Assembly (NCBI GenBank): GCA_039208735.1
Contig: JBCCQY010000131.1
Coordinates: 1 to 25,986 of the forward strand
From: Myxococcota bacterium
Lineage (GTDB): Bacteria; Myxococcota_A; UBA796; GCA-2862545
Direction of reading: 5' to 3'
DNA: 25,986 nt
The notes beneath the pieces are model-generated. The model searched no databases, had not been told where the DNA came from, and worked only from the letters and a program-made list of their open reading frames with translations. This document shows, one piece after another, positions 9,189 through 17,929 of this stretch. The translations under genes were made by a program, and so were the position numbers. How positions within the stretch are numbered: the first letter of the stretch is position 1; the number at the start of each line of letters is the position of its first letter.

Positions 9189-9831
9189 ATGACCCACCGT
9201 ATCGCCATGCTCTGGCTGCCCATCCTGCAGCTCGGAAGCGTACGTCGACGCCATCGACGTTGCCTTGAATGAAAGCGACTTTGACGTTTCCGAAGGCGTC
9301 GCGGGGCGTGTGGAAGGAACGCGTGGTGGGGTGGCCTACACCATTGCCACCGACTGCTTCGATGCGATGGGTGTGGCACAGGATTGCGATGAAACCGCAG
9401 CTTCCGCCGATGTGACGTCGTTGGTGGACGGAAGCGTGGAAACCGCACGGTATGACTGGTCGATCCTTCGTGAAGCGAATTGGCAGCTCGATGACCTCGA
9501 CGCCACGCCTCAGCTTGCGGGCACCGCCACGACGGATCTCCGTTCGACGTTTACCGCACTGCGTCGTGCAGTCGATCGGGACTACATCCTTGAACTGGAT
9601 GGAACCTACGACATCACAGGCTCACCGGACGATATCACCGCGGCCACCGGCGTTGTGACCTGGCAGGTTACCGCGACGCGCACCCGCGGCGTGGGCGTGA
9701 GCGAGGCCGAAACGACATTCGATGCGACCATCGATGCGACGCTAAATGGGGATGGATCGGCCACGATCGTATTGTCCGGAGACTACCTGTATACCCTTGA
9801 CCAGGTGACGGGCGACCTCGACGCCGAGTGA
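9189..9831 (+). pseudogene. beta-rich exported protein or lipoprotein split by a frameshift just after its signal peptide
   Basis: GGAGG plus ATG 9189 gives MTHRIAMLWLPILQ, which stops at 9272. The body (CSSEAYVDAIDVALNESDF to 9831) lies in the +1 frame and has no good start of its own. Confidence 0.6.
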
Positions 9832-9833
9832 CG

Positions 9834-10112
9834 TCACGGGCACTCCACCACGCGTCGAATCGGCCCATTCCTTTCGAGCGAGCACCCGGTCAACATGGGG
9901 CCATCCGGCTCACAGAACGCTTGAAGGGCGGTATCACAGAGTCCCTCCTCGTCCGAACAGTCGTCCGGAGAGCAGGCGTCCGGCGCCATGACACACTCGG
10001 AGGTCCCGTCCACCTCCAAGCAAACCTCGCCATCGACACACCCACATTGATTCCAAGTCCCGTCAATCGAGTTCGTCAGCGTGCATGAAGCGAGTAGTGC
10101 AAACCAAATCAT
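9834..10112 (-). CDS. small Cys-rich lipoprotein (92 aa)
   Basis: AAGGAG RBS, signal MIWFALLASC, many Cys, acidic. Confidence 0.75.
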   Translation of the reverse strand: MIWFALLASCTLTNSIDGTWNQCGCVDGEVCLEVDGTSECVMAPDACSPDDCSDEEGLCDTALQAFCEPDGPMLTGCSLERNGPIRRVVECP

Positions 10113-10210
10113 GGCCTCTCCTTCGTTGGGCTGAACTACCCAAGCCCCCAATCCTGGCCGGCTTCGCGTATGATACGCGACTGGAGCATCGAACGGTTTC
10201 AGGAGGATCG

Positions 10211-12571
10211 ATGTCGCTGCTGCCCATGGCGCTGATCGCCGCAGGGTGCGGGTCAAGGCCAGATTCTGTCGAGCCACCGGCCGTGGAGGAGGAAACCCTT
10301 CCGGAAGCCACGATGTATCGGCTCACCGAAGCCGAATTCCGCAACACCGTCGAGGCCGTGTTCGGCGTGACCTATGAGAGAACGTTGCCTCGTGACTTCT
10401 TCCTGCACGGCTACCGCTCGGTGGGCGCCGGGGCGCTGACCGTCAGTCCGAGCGAACTTGAGGTCTACGAGGACGCCGCCTGGTCGATCGCCGCGACCTT
10501 GGTGCCCGACCCCAAGGCGGTTCGCGAGAGACTCGGGTGCTCGCCGGCGACCCCGCTGGGGCATCCGTCCGAACCAGAGCGAGCAAATCCCTGTGTCACC
10601 AGTGGGTTGGCGCCATGGATGAGTCACGCCTGGCGCCGCCCGGCTCGGCAGACCGAACTCGCCCGGCTCGCTGACCTTTGGACCTTCACCCACGAGGCGT
10701 CGGGTTCTGACGTACTCGCCACCCAGGGAGTGTTCGCTGCGCTGGTGCTCGCCCCCGAATTTCTGTACCGCGTCGAGGTCGGCGAGCCCGATCCCGACGG
10801 GGCGAAGGGTGAACGACGCTTCACCTCGTGGGAACTCGCAAGCCGCCTTTCGTACTTCCTCCTCGATGGCCCTCCTGACGAGGGACTGCGCGCCGCGGCG
10901 ATCGACAACACCCTTCAAGAACCGGGCGCGCTAACGGACCATGCCGCTCGACTGTTCGACAGTCCGCAGGGCCGCGACGCCTTGGTCCGCTTTTGGGAAG
11001 AAACGCTCGAGCTACACCGACTCGATGCGAGTGTGAAGGACCCGGATGCCTACCCCGAGTTCGATGGGCCCCTGCGCGAGGCCATGAAGGTCGAAGTTCG
11101 ATCGCTCTTCGAACATGTGGTGTTCGAAACCAAGGCGCCGTTCGGCAGCCTGCTCACCACGGACGTCACCTTCGTAGACGACAAGCTGGCCGCGTTGTAT
11201 GGCCTTCGAGGTCCGGGCGGAGGAACGGTCCAAGCAACGTTGGACGACCCAAGCCGAGGGGGCGTTCTCGGCCGTGCCGCGTTGATGTCGATTTGGAGTC
11301 ACGCGACGAGCAGCTCGCCAACCCTGCGCGGCAAGTTCGTGCGCACCCGCATGCTCTGCCAGTCCATTCCACCTCCTCCGGAGGGTGTGCTGGCCAGCCT
11401 CGACGCCGTACCTGGCGAAGGTTCCGCCCGTGACCGCCTCGCCGCGCACGCCGAGGATGCCGCGTGCCGGGGGTGCCACGACATCATGGACCCGCCGGGC
11501 TTCGCGTTCGAGCACTTCGATGCCATCGGCCGGTGGCGCCCGGACGACCATGGCTTCCCCATCGACCCAAGCGGCAACTTGGATGGCGCAGCGTTCGCCA
11601 ATGCCAATGAACTGGGAGCCGCCGTCGCCGCGCATCCCGAGTTCGCAAACTGCATGGCACTCCAACTGTTTCGCCATGCCATCGGTGCGGCCGAGACGCC
11701 GAGCCAGCTGCCGAGCATCGAGCGCCTCGGTCAGACGTTCAACGACGAAGCGCAATCGCTCGAGGCGCTCGTGCTTGCGCTGGTGGACAGCGACGCATTC
11801 CGACGGGCCACTCCCGCCGTCGAAGGCCTCCCGGATCGATGTGGGTCCGGCGTCGAGATCTGCAACGGCCTCGACGATGACTGTGACGGCGACATCGACG
11901 AAGACGTGGCGCAAGAGTGCGACGTCGACGGGGCCTTAGGGGTTTCCGATTGTGCATTGGCCGCCTGCACCCTTCCAGAGCCCGATGTCGAAGTCTGTAA
12001 TGGCCTTGACGACGATCACAACGGAGCCATCGACGAAGGAACCGTGCTCGTCACCCCGATGACCTTGGCCGCGATCACCCTCACCGAAGTGGATGCGCAA
12101 TGCGCCGATGCCTGCGGAGCCCACGGCTTCCCCACCTCGGAAAAAAGCGAGTTTGAACAAGCCGTGAGCTGTGTGTCGGGTGACGTCGCAACCGGACGAG
12201 TGACCTCATTCGACGCGTTGTCGGCCTACCACGAGGGATGTACAGCCGATGCGGGTCCAGGGCCCGATTGCAATGCGGCGATTCATCGCATGTGCGCACA
12301 GACGGGCTCCACAACAGGATGGGGGCCGCTCGATCAAGACGGAGCCAGTGCTTCCATCGTTTGCGTGGATGAGGCCACGATCCTCAACACGTCCTACAGC
12401 ACCCTGCTCGCCTTCGACCCGGAGTGCGACGGCGCGAACGGTCGCATAGGCCCAGCGTGCAACCGGGCCATTCACCGATATTGCCAAGACGATGGCTTCG
12501 CGAGTGGGTTCGGGCCGCTGGAGAATTCTGGAGATACCATCGTTGTCGCTTGCCTCGGGGAGGTCCCATGA
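10211..12571 (+). CDS. DUF1592/DUF1588-type (PSD / planctomycete cytochrome c) lipoprotein with CxxCH and a Cys-rich C-terminal extension
   Basis: AGGAGG RBS; lipobox AAGC; RLTEAEFRNTV, PEFLYRVE, ELASRLSYFL, SSPTLRGKFVR, CRGCH (11465-11479) and GFAFEHFDAIGRWR. Confidence 0.92.
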   Translation: MSLLPMALIAAGCGSRPDSVEPPAVEEETLPEATMYRLTEAEFRNTVEAVFGVTYERTLPRDFFLHGYRSVGAGALTVSPSELEVYEDAAWSIAATLVPDPKAVRERLGCSPATPLGHPSEPERANPCVTSGLAPWMSHAWRRPARQTELARLADLWTFTHEASGSDVLATQGVFAALVLAPEFLYRVEVGEPDPDGAKGERRFTSWELASRLSYFLLDGPPDEGLRAAAIDNTLQEPGALTDHAARLFDSPQGRDALVRFWEETLELHRLDASVKDPDAYPEFDGPLREAMKVEVRSLFEHVVFETKAPFGSLLTTDVTFVDDKLAALYGLRGPGGGTVQATLDDPSRGGVLGRAALMSIWSHATSSSPTLRGKFVRTRMLCQSIPPPPEGVLASLDAVPGEGSARDRLAAHAEDAACRGCHDIMDPPGFAFEHFDAIGRWRPDDHGFPIDPSGNLDGAAFANANELGAAVAAHPEFANCMALQLFRHAIGAAETPSQLPSIERLGQTFNDEAQSLEALVLALVDSDAFRRATPAVEGLPDRCGSGVEICNGLDDDCDGDIDEDVAQECDVDGALGVSDCALAACTLPEPDVEVCNGLDDDHNGAIDEGTVLVTPMTLAAITLTEVDAQCADACGAHGFPTSEKSEFEQAVSCVSGDVATGRVTSFDALSAYHEGCTADAGPGPDCNAAIHRMCAQTGSTTGWGPLDQDGASASIVCVDEATILNTSYSTLLAFDPECDGANGRIGPACNRAIHRYCQDDGFASGFGPLENSGDTIVVACLGEVP
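11855..12037 (+). repeat. two Cys/Asp putative metal-binding motif repeats (Cu-binding_MopE-like) within the CDS
   Basis: EICNGLDDDCDGDIDE (11855-11902) and EVCNGLDDDHNGAIDE (11990-12037). Confidence 0.85.
12203..12556 (+). repeat. two tandem Cys-rich protein repeats of about 55-60 aa
   Basis: TSFDAL..C..GPDCNAAIHRMC...GWGPLDQ...IVCV aligns with TSYSTL..C..GPACNRAIHRYC...GFGPLEN...VACL. Confidence 0.8.
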
Positions 12572-13899
12572 AGCTCGACCGGCGAACCGTCCTGCGGGGC
12601 ATGCTTGGCGGAGCCAGCGTCGCGGTGGCCCTTCCGGCCCTCGAAGCCATGCTGAACGCCAACGGTACCGCGCTCGCCAACGGCAGCCCTCTGCCCACCC
12701 GGTTCGGGGTTTGGTTTTGGGGCAACGGCGTCAAGCCGGACCGCTGGATTCCCACCGAGACGGGAACGGCATGGACGCCGTCTTCCGAACTCGAACCGCT
12801 GACCGGGTTGCGTCGGTACATCACGCCGATCACCGGCCTGACCATCACCACGGCAAGTCACCCCCACCACAGCGGAATGACGGGCATCATGACGGGTGCC
12901 CGCTACCACCAACTCGGCACCACCCGCGACACCATCGTGACGACGTTTGCCGGCCCAAGTGTCGACCAGCTTGCCGCCGACCACCACGATGGCGCCACAC
13001 CGCTACGCAGTCTCGAGCTGGGCGTCGCCCGCTTTACCGGCACCGATGAGGGTTCGACGTTCCAACACCTCTCCCACAACGGCCCGAACAATCCCAATCC
13101 GAGTGCCTACTCGCCCGGAGAGGTCTACGATCGCCTGTTTGGCCGACGCAAGGACGCGAAGCGCGACCTCGCCCGCTTCAGCGTGCTCGATGCGGTACTG
13201 GAACAAGCCCACACTCTCGAAGCCCGATTGGGCGCGACAGACCGCGTCCGTCTCGACCAACACATGTCGAGCATCCGGTCGCTGGAGCGCCGACTCGAGG
13301 GCTTTGGGGTGCTGTGTGAAGAGATCGATGGCGAGTTTCCCGTCGAAGTGCCCGACATGGACGGCGTCGAGCCGCTTGAACTCAAGAACGAACTGATGTC
13401 GGACCTTCTCGCCCACGCCCTGGCCTGCGATCTGACGCGGGTGTTTACGGTGCAGTACTCGACGGCCGGCAGCAACGTCGTGGTCCGCCAGGTTGGGATG
13501 ACGGATGGAAACCACTACCTCAGCCACGTCGAACCAGGCGACCAGCCCGTAATCCATGACGCAGTGGTCTTTCACATTTCACGCCTCGCCGACACCTTGC
13601 AACGATTGGCGGACACGCCAGAGGGTGACGGAAATCTGCTCGAGAACAGCAGTATTCTGTGCACGTCGGAACTGACGGATGGCCAAAACCATAGCAACAC
13701 CGACTTTCCCATTGTGCTCGCTGGCCTCGGCAGTGGCCGGCTGGTCGGAGACCAACACCTCCGCCTGACCAGCGGCGATCGCAATGCAAGCCGCGCGGTA
13801 CTCACCGCACTCCATGCGGCAGGCATTCCGGCGTTCGGCTTTGGCGACGGGCCTGGCTACACCGACGACCCCATCACCGAAGCGCTCGCCCCAAAATGA
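12568..13899 (+). CDS. DUF1552 (HXXSHH) family Tat-exported protein
   Basis: ATGA overlap with the upstream gene; Tat motif RRTVLRG; ALPALEAM, GPSVDQL, SLELGV, ALACDLTRV, HYLSH and EGDGNLLENS. Confidence 0.93.
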   Translation: MKLDRRTVLRGMLGGASVAVALPALEAMLNANGTALANGSPLPTRFGVWFWGNGVKPDRWIPTETGTAWTPSSELEPLTGLRRYITPITGLTITTASHPHHSGMTGIMTGARYHQLGTTRDTIVTTFAGPSVDQLAADHHDGATPLRSLELGVARFTGTDEGSTFQHLSHNGPNNPNPSAYSPGEVYDRLFGRRKDAKRDLARFSVLDAVLEQAHTLEARLGATDRVRLDQHMSSIRSLERRLEGFGVLCEEIDGEFPVEVPDMDGVEPLELKNELMSDLLAHALACDLTRVFTVQYSTAGSNVVVRQVGMTDGNHYLSHVEPGDQPVIHDAVVFHISRLADTLQRLADTPEGDGNLLENSSILCTSELTDGQNHSNTDFPIVLAGLGSGRLVGDQHLRLTSGDRNASRAVLTALHAAGIPAFGFGDGPGYTDDPITEALAPK

Positions 13900-14663
13900 A
13901 CGACCACAACCACCGAATCGGTCCGTTCGAAGGTGGCATGTGGTTCTTCTTCGTGAGCTTCATTGCGCTGTTCTTGTCCCTCGTCCCCCAAAAGAACCCA
14001 GCGACGTCACTTGAAACGTCGCTCGACGTGTTCACCACGGTCGGGTTTGCGACGTTGTACTGCCTCATTGCGCTAGGTCCGCTTCTCTTTCACGCCATGC
14101 CCCGAGGGCGGCTGAGCACCGAACGCGATCAGGGCGAGACGTTCCGACCACGTCGAAGCAACGGCCATGGGTTCCGTCTGGCCGCAATGCTGTTAGCGAT
14201 TGCCCTTTTCACGACGTTGGGTCTACCCCCTCGCGCTCACCGCGTCCCGGTTGAGATGGGGCCCGACGGACCGGTCGCCGGGGAAGTGGCGCGGGTAAAC
14301 GCGATCGGGGCCGCTCGACGCACCCGCAATACCGTCCTGTTTTTCGCCCTTGGCGGACTTGGCGTCCTCGCTTCGGCCATGGCGGTTCGCAGTCTCCGCC
14401 GCCGACGCGTTGACGAAATCCATATCGATGGACAAGGCGTCGTACTGGTGTACCGCCGGGAGCGGCAGCGGCTCGCCTGGTCCTCGGTCGCCCACATCGC
14501 GGTCAGCCGTCGGCCCTGGCTCGACATGCTGCAGGCTCGCCATCAGCACGACCGCCCGGAGGGGGCTGCCGAGACCCGCGCCCAACGGGCCCTCGACTCA
14601 CTCCGCAACGACCTTGGCCGGTGGGCTCGCGGGCTCTCTGCCCTGCGCATCGGGCATCCGTAG
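13896..14663 (+). CDS. hypothetical membrane protein (about 4 TM plus a PH-like C-terminal segment)
   Basis: ATGA overlap with the DUF1552 gene; four hydrophobic helices; IHIDGQGVVL...RLAWSSVAHIAV. Confidence 0.65.
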   Translation: MNDHNHRIGPFEGGMWFFFVSFIALFLSLVPQKNPATSLETSLDVFTTVGFATLYCLIALGPLLFHAMPRGRLSTERDQGETFRPRRSNGHGFRLAAMLLAIALFTTLGLPPRAHRVPVEMGPDGPVAGEVARVNAIGAARRTRNTVLFFALGGLGVLASAMAVRSLRRRRVDEIHIDGQGVVLVYRRERQRLAWSSVAHIAVSRRPWLDMLQARHQHDRPEGAAETRAQRALDSLRNDLGRWARGLSALRIGHP

Positions 14664-14871
14664 GTCAGACGCCCCGAAGAGGCCATGTGCCTCGACATCC
14701 AACGTCCGTGCGATGGTCGAAACAAGATCCCGAAGGGGACTTGACCCCACTTGAGACATCGACGGTCGCCCATGGCTCCACCAAACGCCTTCCGAGCTCG
14801 GGATCGTAGCCATCTTCCAAGCAAATTCCCAGGGAGCGTGAAGTGCCTGCAGCGTCGGTGGCTCGGGTTGG

Positions 14872-15267
14872 CTACGCCAACAGGGCGTAGACCATCATGC
14901 AAAGCCCCACAAGGCTCACCGTCCACACCGTAGTTCGAAGGCCGTAAAACGCAAAATGGTAGGCAGGCACGTACAATGCCCGGCCCACGAGGAACAGTAG
15001 GGCTCCCTGTGTGCCGAGCGCCGGAACGTCCCCTCGCATCTCGAGCAGGAGCGCAAGCGGCAGAAACACCAACATGGACTCGAGCAAGTTCTGGTGGGCG
15101 CGCTGGGCTCTTGCACCATGCAACGACAAGGCGACAGCATCGTCCTTGCCTTTCATGTGGTCCTGCACGGCCGACATCGCGTCCGGGGCAAACACGGTCT
15201 TGTAGGAGGCCGCATAGAAGGTTTGGGCCAGCCAAAGGGCCAGAGCGGCGATGATGTAGATGGTCAT
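14872..15267 (-). CDS. MAPEG family membrane protein
   Basis: RAQRAHQNLLES and FLVGRALYVPAY motifs; GGAGG RBS before ATG 15267. Confidence 0.9.
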   Translation of the reverse strand: MTIYIIAALALWLAQTFYAASYKTVFAPDAMSAVQDHMKGKDDAVALSLHGARAQRAHQNLLESMLVFLPLALLLEMRGDVPALGTQGALLFLVGRALYVPAYHFAFYGLRTTVWTVSLVGLCMMVYALLA

Positions 15268-15332
15268 GCTGTCCTCCGAACGCGCGCCGTATCGCATTCC
15301 GAACGGGTAGGCTGGCCGAGTTGGAGGGATGG

Positions 15333-15737
15333 ATGAGGTGGATCGGACTGTTGACGGCGGGCTGTGTGCTGCCTTGGGGCTGGCGGGGGGCTGAGGCGCT
15401 TGAGGAGGTCGACATCACGGGTTGCTTAGAGGAAAAGGGGCCTACCCAATACGTGGCGACCCTCACGAACACGGGGGTCGACGTCCAAATCACGAATTTC
15501 GAAATCCAGTGCTCGGAGCCACAGTCCGTCTACGCTCGCGAGGACGAAGACGGTGGGCTTTCGCTGCTCATTCAGGATGCGGACACGCCCTCCCGGGCGA
15601 CCAAGGCCTGTGGGTGCCAGGTCGACCTGGCCATCGCGGTGCCCACGGTCGACGACCCTTCCAACATCGCGATTTACCGGCGGAGTGCAAGCGGTCGGAA
15701 GGTACCGGTGCTTGAACGACAACTCACGCTCCCTTAG
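15333..15737 (+). CDS. hypothetical lipoprotein
   Basis: GGAGG RBS; MRWIGLLTAGC; KACGC motif. Confidence 0.72.
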   Translation: MRWIGLLTAGCVLPWGWRGAEALEEVDITGCLEEKGPTQYVATLTNTGVDVQITNFEIQCSEPQSVYAREDEDGGLSLLIQDADTPSRATKACGCQVDLAIAVPTVDDPSNIAIYRRSASGRKVPVLERQLTLP

Positions 15738-15777
15738 AATGCTTCTAAGAGGCTTTTCCCCTAGCTCCATCTTTTTG

Positions 15778-15804
15778 GGAACCTCGGCCGGCGTCCCTTC
15801 GTAG
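15778..15804 (+). promoter_or_regulatory. ECF sigma-type promoter, likely autoregulatory
   Basis: GGAAC (15778-15782), 17-nt spacer, CGTA (15800-15803), then 11 nt to the sigma factor ATG. Confidence 0.65.
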
Positions 15805-15814
15805 AACGGGCACG

Positions 15815-16303
15815 ATGTCTTCTCGCCCCGCCACGCTCGACGCCCTTCTGGCGCACCACGGAGACCGACTGTACGGGCTGTGTGCGCGACTCGACCCTGA
15901 CCCCGACGATGCGTACGGGTCCGTCTGTGAACGGCTGCTTCGCCAAATCGACCGCTTCGACGCGACTCGGGGGACCCTGCTGAACTGGTCGATGACGGTG
16001 GCCCATCGCGTGTTGGTCGACCGTCACCGCCGTCGTCGCGATGTGGTGCCCCTCTCTGGCCGCGAGCCAGCGTCGACGACCACGGCCTTTCGCATCGTGG
16101 AAGATCAGCAACGGAGCGCCCGACTGGAGGCCGCACTTCGTGAACTCGATGAGTCGCAGCGTCGCGTGGTGGTCTTGCATCACCTCGAAGGGCTGCCGCT
16201 CACCGAGATCGCAACCACCGAAGGGATCGCCGTCGGGACCGTGAAATCCCGCCTCCACCGGGGCCGCGCTCACCTCGCCGTCCTGCTCAAGGAGATTCGA
16301 TGA
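15815..16303 (+). CDS. ECF RNA polymerase sigma factor
   Basis: Region 2 (LYGLCARL..DDAY..RFD..WSMTVAHR) and region 4 (QRRVVVLHHLEGLPLTEIA..GTVKSRLHRGR). Confidence 0.95.
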   Translation: MSSRPATLDALLAHHGDRLYGLCARLDPDPDDAYGSVCERLLRQIDRFDATRGTLLNWSMTVAHRVLVDRHRRRRDVVPLSGREPASTTTAFRIVEDQQRSARLEAALRELDESQRRVVVLHHLEGLPLTEIATTEGIAVGTVKSRLHRGRAHLAVLLKEIR

Positions 16304-17301
16304 TCGAGGATGCCGCACGACTCTCCCGTTTGCTGGACGGAGACCTCACGGAGGCCGAGGCCGCCGAGCTACGTCGGCGCCTCCAGGACGAGCCTGAACT
16401 CCGCGCACTGTGGGAAACCGTCCAGGCCCTGCCATCGGATCTCGCTGCACTTCCTGCGATCGCAGCCCCGACACCGGCTCGCGGCAAACCCCTTCGATGG
16501 GCGGTAGCCCTTGCCGCGGCCACGCTGGCCTTTGTCGTTGGTCGAGCAAGTGCGCCTCCTGCCACCGTCCAGTTTTCAGGCGCCGACCTCACCTTGCGCG
16601 GGGCAACCGTCGCCATTTCCCAACCTGAGGAGGACCCGATGAATCGCTCATTTGCCGCAGGTGGCCTAACGGTGGGCCTGATTTCTGGGGCCGCGTGGCT
16701 CGCTCAACCAGGCCAGCCAAAAATCAAACTCACTCCTGGGGAATCCGCGCCCCTTACTCGACTGGAGCCCACGGCGACCCGCACTCCTTCCCCACCGTCC
16801 ACGCCAGCGGCACCCGCCGAGGCCGGAACAACAGAGATGGAACGGTTGTCCTTCGAGAATGCACTGCTCCGCATTGCACTCGCTCGGCATGAGGGCGAAC
16901 CGCACGCCTTCCCCGAGGACTATCCGGCGGAACTAGGCCCGCGTAGTTTTGATGACACGGTCCGCCCCTTGGTTGAGGCGGACGAGGACCTTGAACTGTA
17001 TGGCATCGACTGTACCGAGTACCCTTGCCTTGCCTGGGTCGAGGCGGAGGGCCCGACCGATGCGGACTGGGAGCCCCAACTCAAGGACCTCAAGGCACGT
17101 CTGGAACGCCACCCGGGGTGGGAGAATCACTGGATCTGGACGATGCCAAACGTCCAGCGTGACCAGCACGTGTCCCACGCGTCGGTGGGCATCATGGTGC
17201 ACCCCGGTCCAGTCCCAGAGCCTGTGATCACCCGAATCGAGTACCGTGCCCGGGTGGCTGTCGAAGAGCGGCGGCAGGTCTGGGCAGAATCCTCCGACTA
17301 G
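16300..17301 (+). CDS. membrane-anchored anti-sigma factor
   Basis: ATGA overlap with the sigma gene; LSRLLDGDLTEAEAAELRRRL anti-sigma N-terminus without Zn ligands; TM helix WAVALAAATLAFVVG. Confidence 0.82.
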   Translation: MIEDAARLSRLLDGDLTEAEAAELRRRLQDEPELRALWETVQALPSDLAALPAIAAPTPARGKPLRWAVALAAATLAFVVGRASAPPATVQFSGADLTLRGATVAISQPEEDPMNRSFAAGGLTVGLISGAAWLAQPGQPKIKLTPGESAPLTRLEPTATRTPSPPSTPAAPAEAGTTEMERLSFENALLRIALARHEGEPHAFPEDYPAELGPRSFDDTVRPLVEADEDLELYGIDCTEYPCLAWVEAEGPTDADWEPQLKDLKARLERHPGWENHWIWTMPNVQRDQHVSHASVGIMVHPGPVPEPVITRIEYRARVAVEERRQVWAESSD

Positions 17302-17381
17302 GTGAGCACCGGCTGCAAGTCCACCGGGGCAGGGGCATTCGATACAAATTCGTGGGCCATCGGCTCAAACTCTTCGACGTG

Positions 17382-17573
17382 ATGCCGCATCGCGCATCGG
17401 ATCATTGCGAAGTTCGCATCACGTGGACGGTGCAGGGCGTAGGATACCGCACTTGGACGCAACACACCGCCCAGGAGTTAGGACTCTGTGGATGGGTTCG
17501 CAACGAAGATGATGGATCGGTCTCCGCCGTCTTTATCGGCCCCGGTTCCGAGGTGGAAGCGATGGAACGATGA
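17382..17573 (+). pseudogene. acyP: C-terminally truncated acylphosphatase
   Basis: VQGVGYR and GWVRNEDDGSV signatures. Only 63 aa against about 90 for the family, and the conserved Gly before VQGV is Trp. Confidence 0.75.
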
Positions 17574-17929
17574 CGGTCCGACGCGGCGACATTTACTGGA
17601 TTGCCCCCGACGCCCTACGGCCCACGGTGCCCGGCCTTTCCCACCCGCATGTGGTGGTCCAGGACGACGCCCTCAACGCAAGTCGCATCCCCACCGTGGT
17701 GGTGTGTGGCGTCAGTTCACAGCTCAACCGCGCCCATGAACCAGGCAATGTGTTGCTGGATGAAGGAGAAGGCGAACTCCCCCGGCGGAGCCTCGTGGTG
17801 GTCTCGCAAGTTTGCGTCGTCGAAAAGACGGAACTTGGTGCATTCGTGGGTCGCTTATCCGCCAAACGCGTCGACCAAGTCCTCGCGGGTCTGGCCTTCG
17901 TGACGCGAATGAGCGCGCGCTCTTCATAA
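17570..17929 (+). CDS. mazF: PemK/MazF family endoribonuclease toxin, myxobacterial orphan type
   Basis: RRGDIYW, SHPHVVVQDD..NASRIPTVVVC, EPGNVLL..GEG.LP and VVVSQV closely resemble Myxococcus xanthus MazF as I recall it. Confidence 0.92.
   Translation: MTVRRGDIYWIAPDALRPTVPGLSHPHVVVQDDALNASRIPTVVVCGVSSQLNRAHEPGNVLLDEGEGELPRRSLVVVSQVCVVEKTELGAFVGRLSAKRVDQVLAGLAFVTRMSARSS

Noticed and set aside
14350..14754. Frameshifted C-terminus of the 13896-14663 membrane protein
   Set aside because: The alternate frame is low-complexity and not more protein-like, so there is no evidence of a shift.
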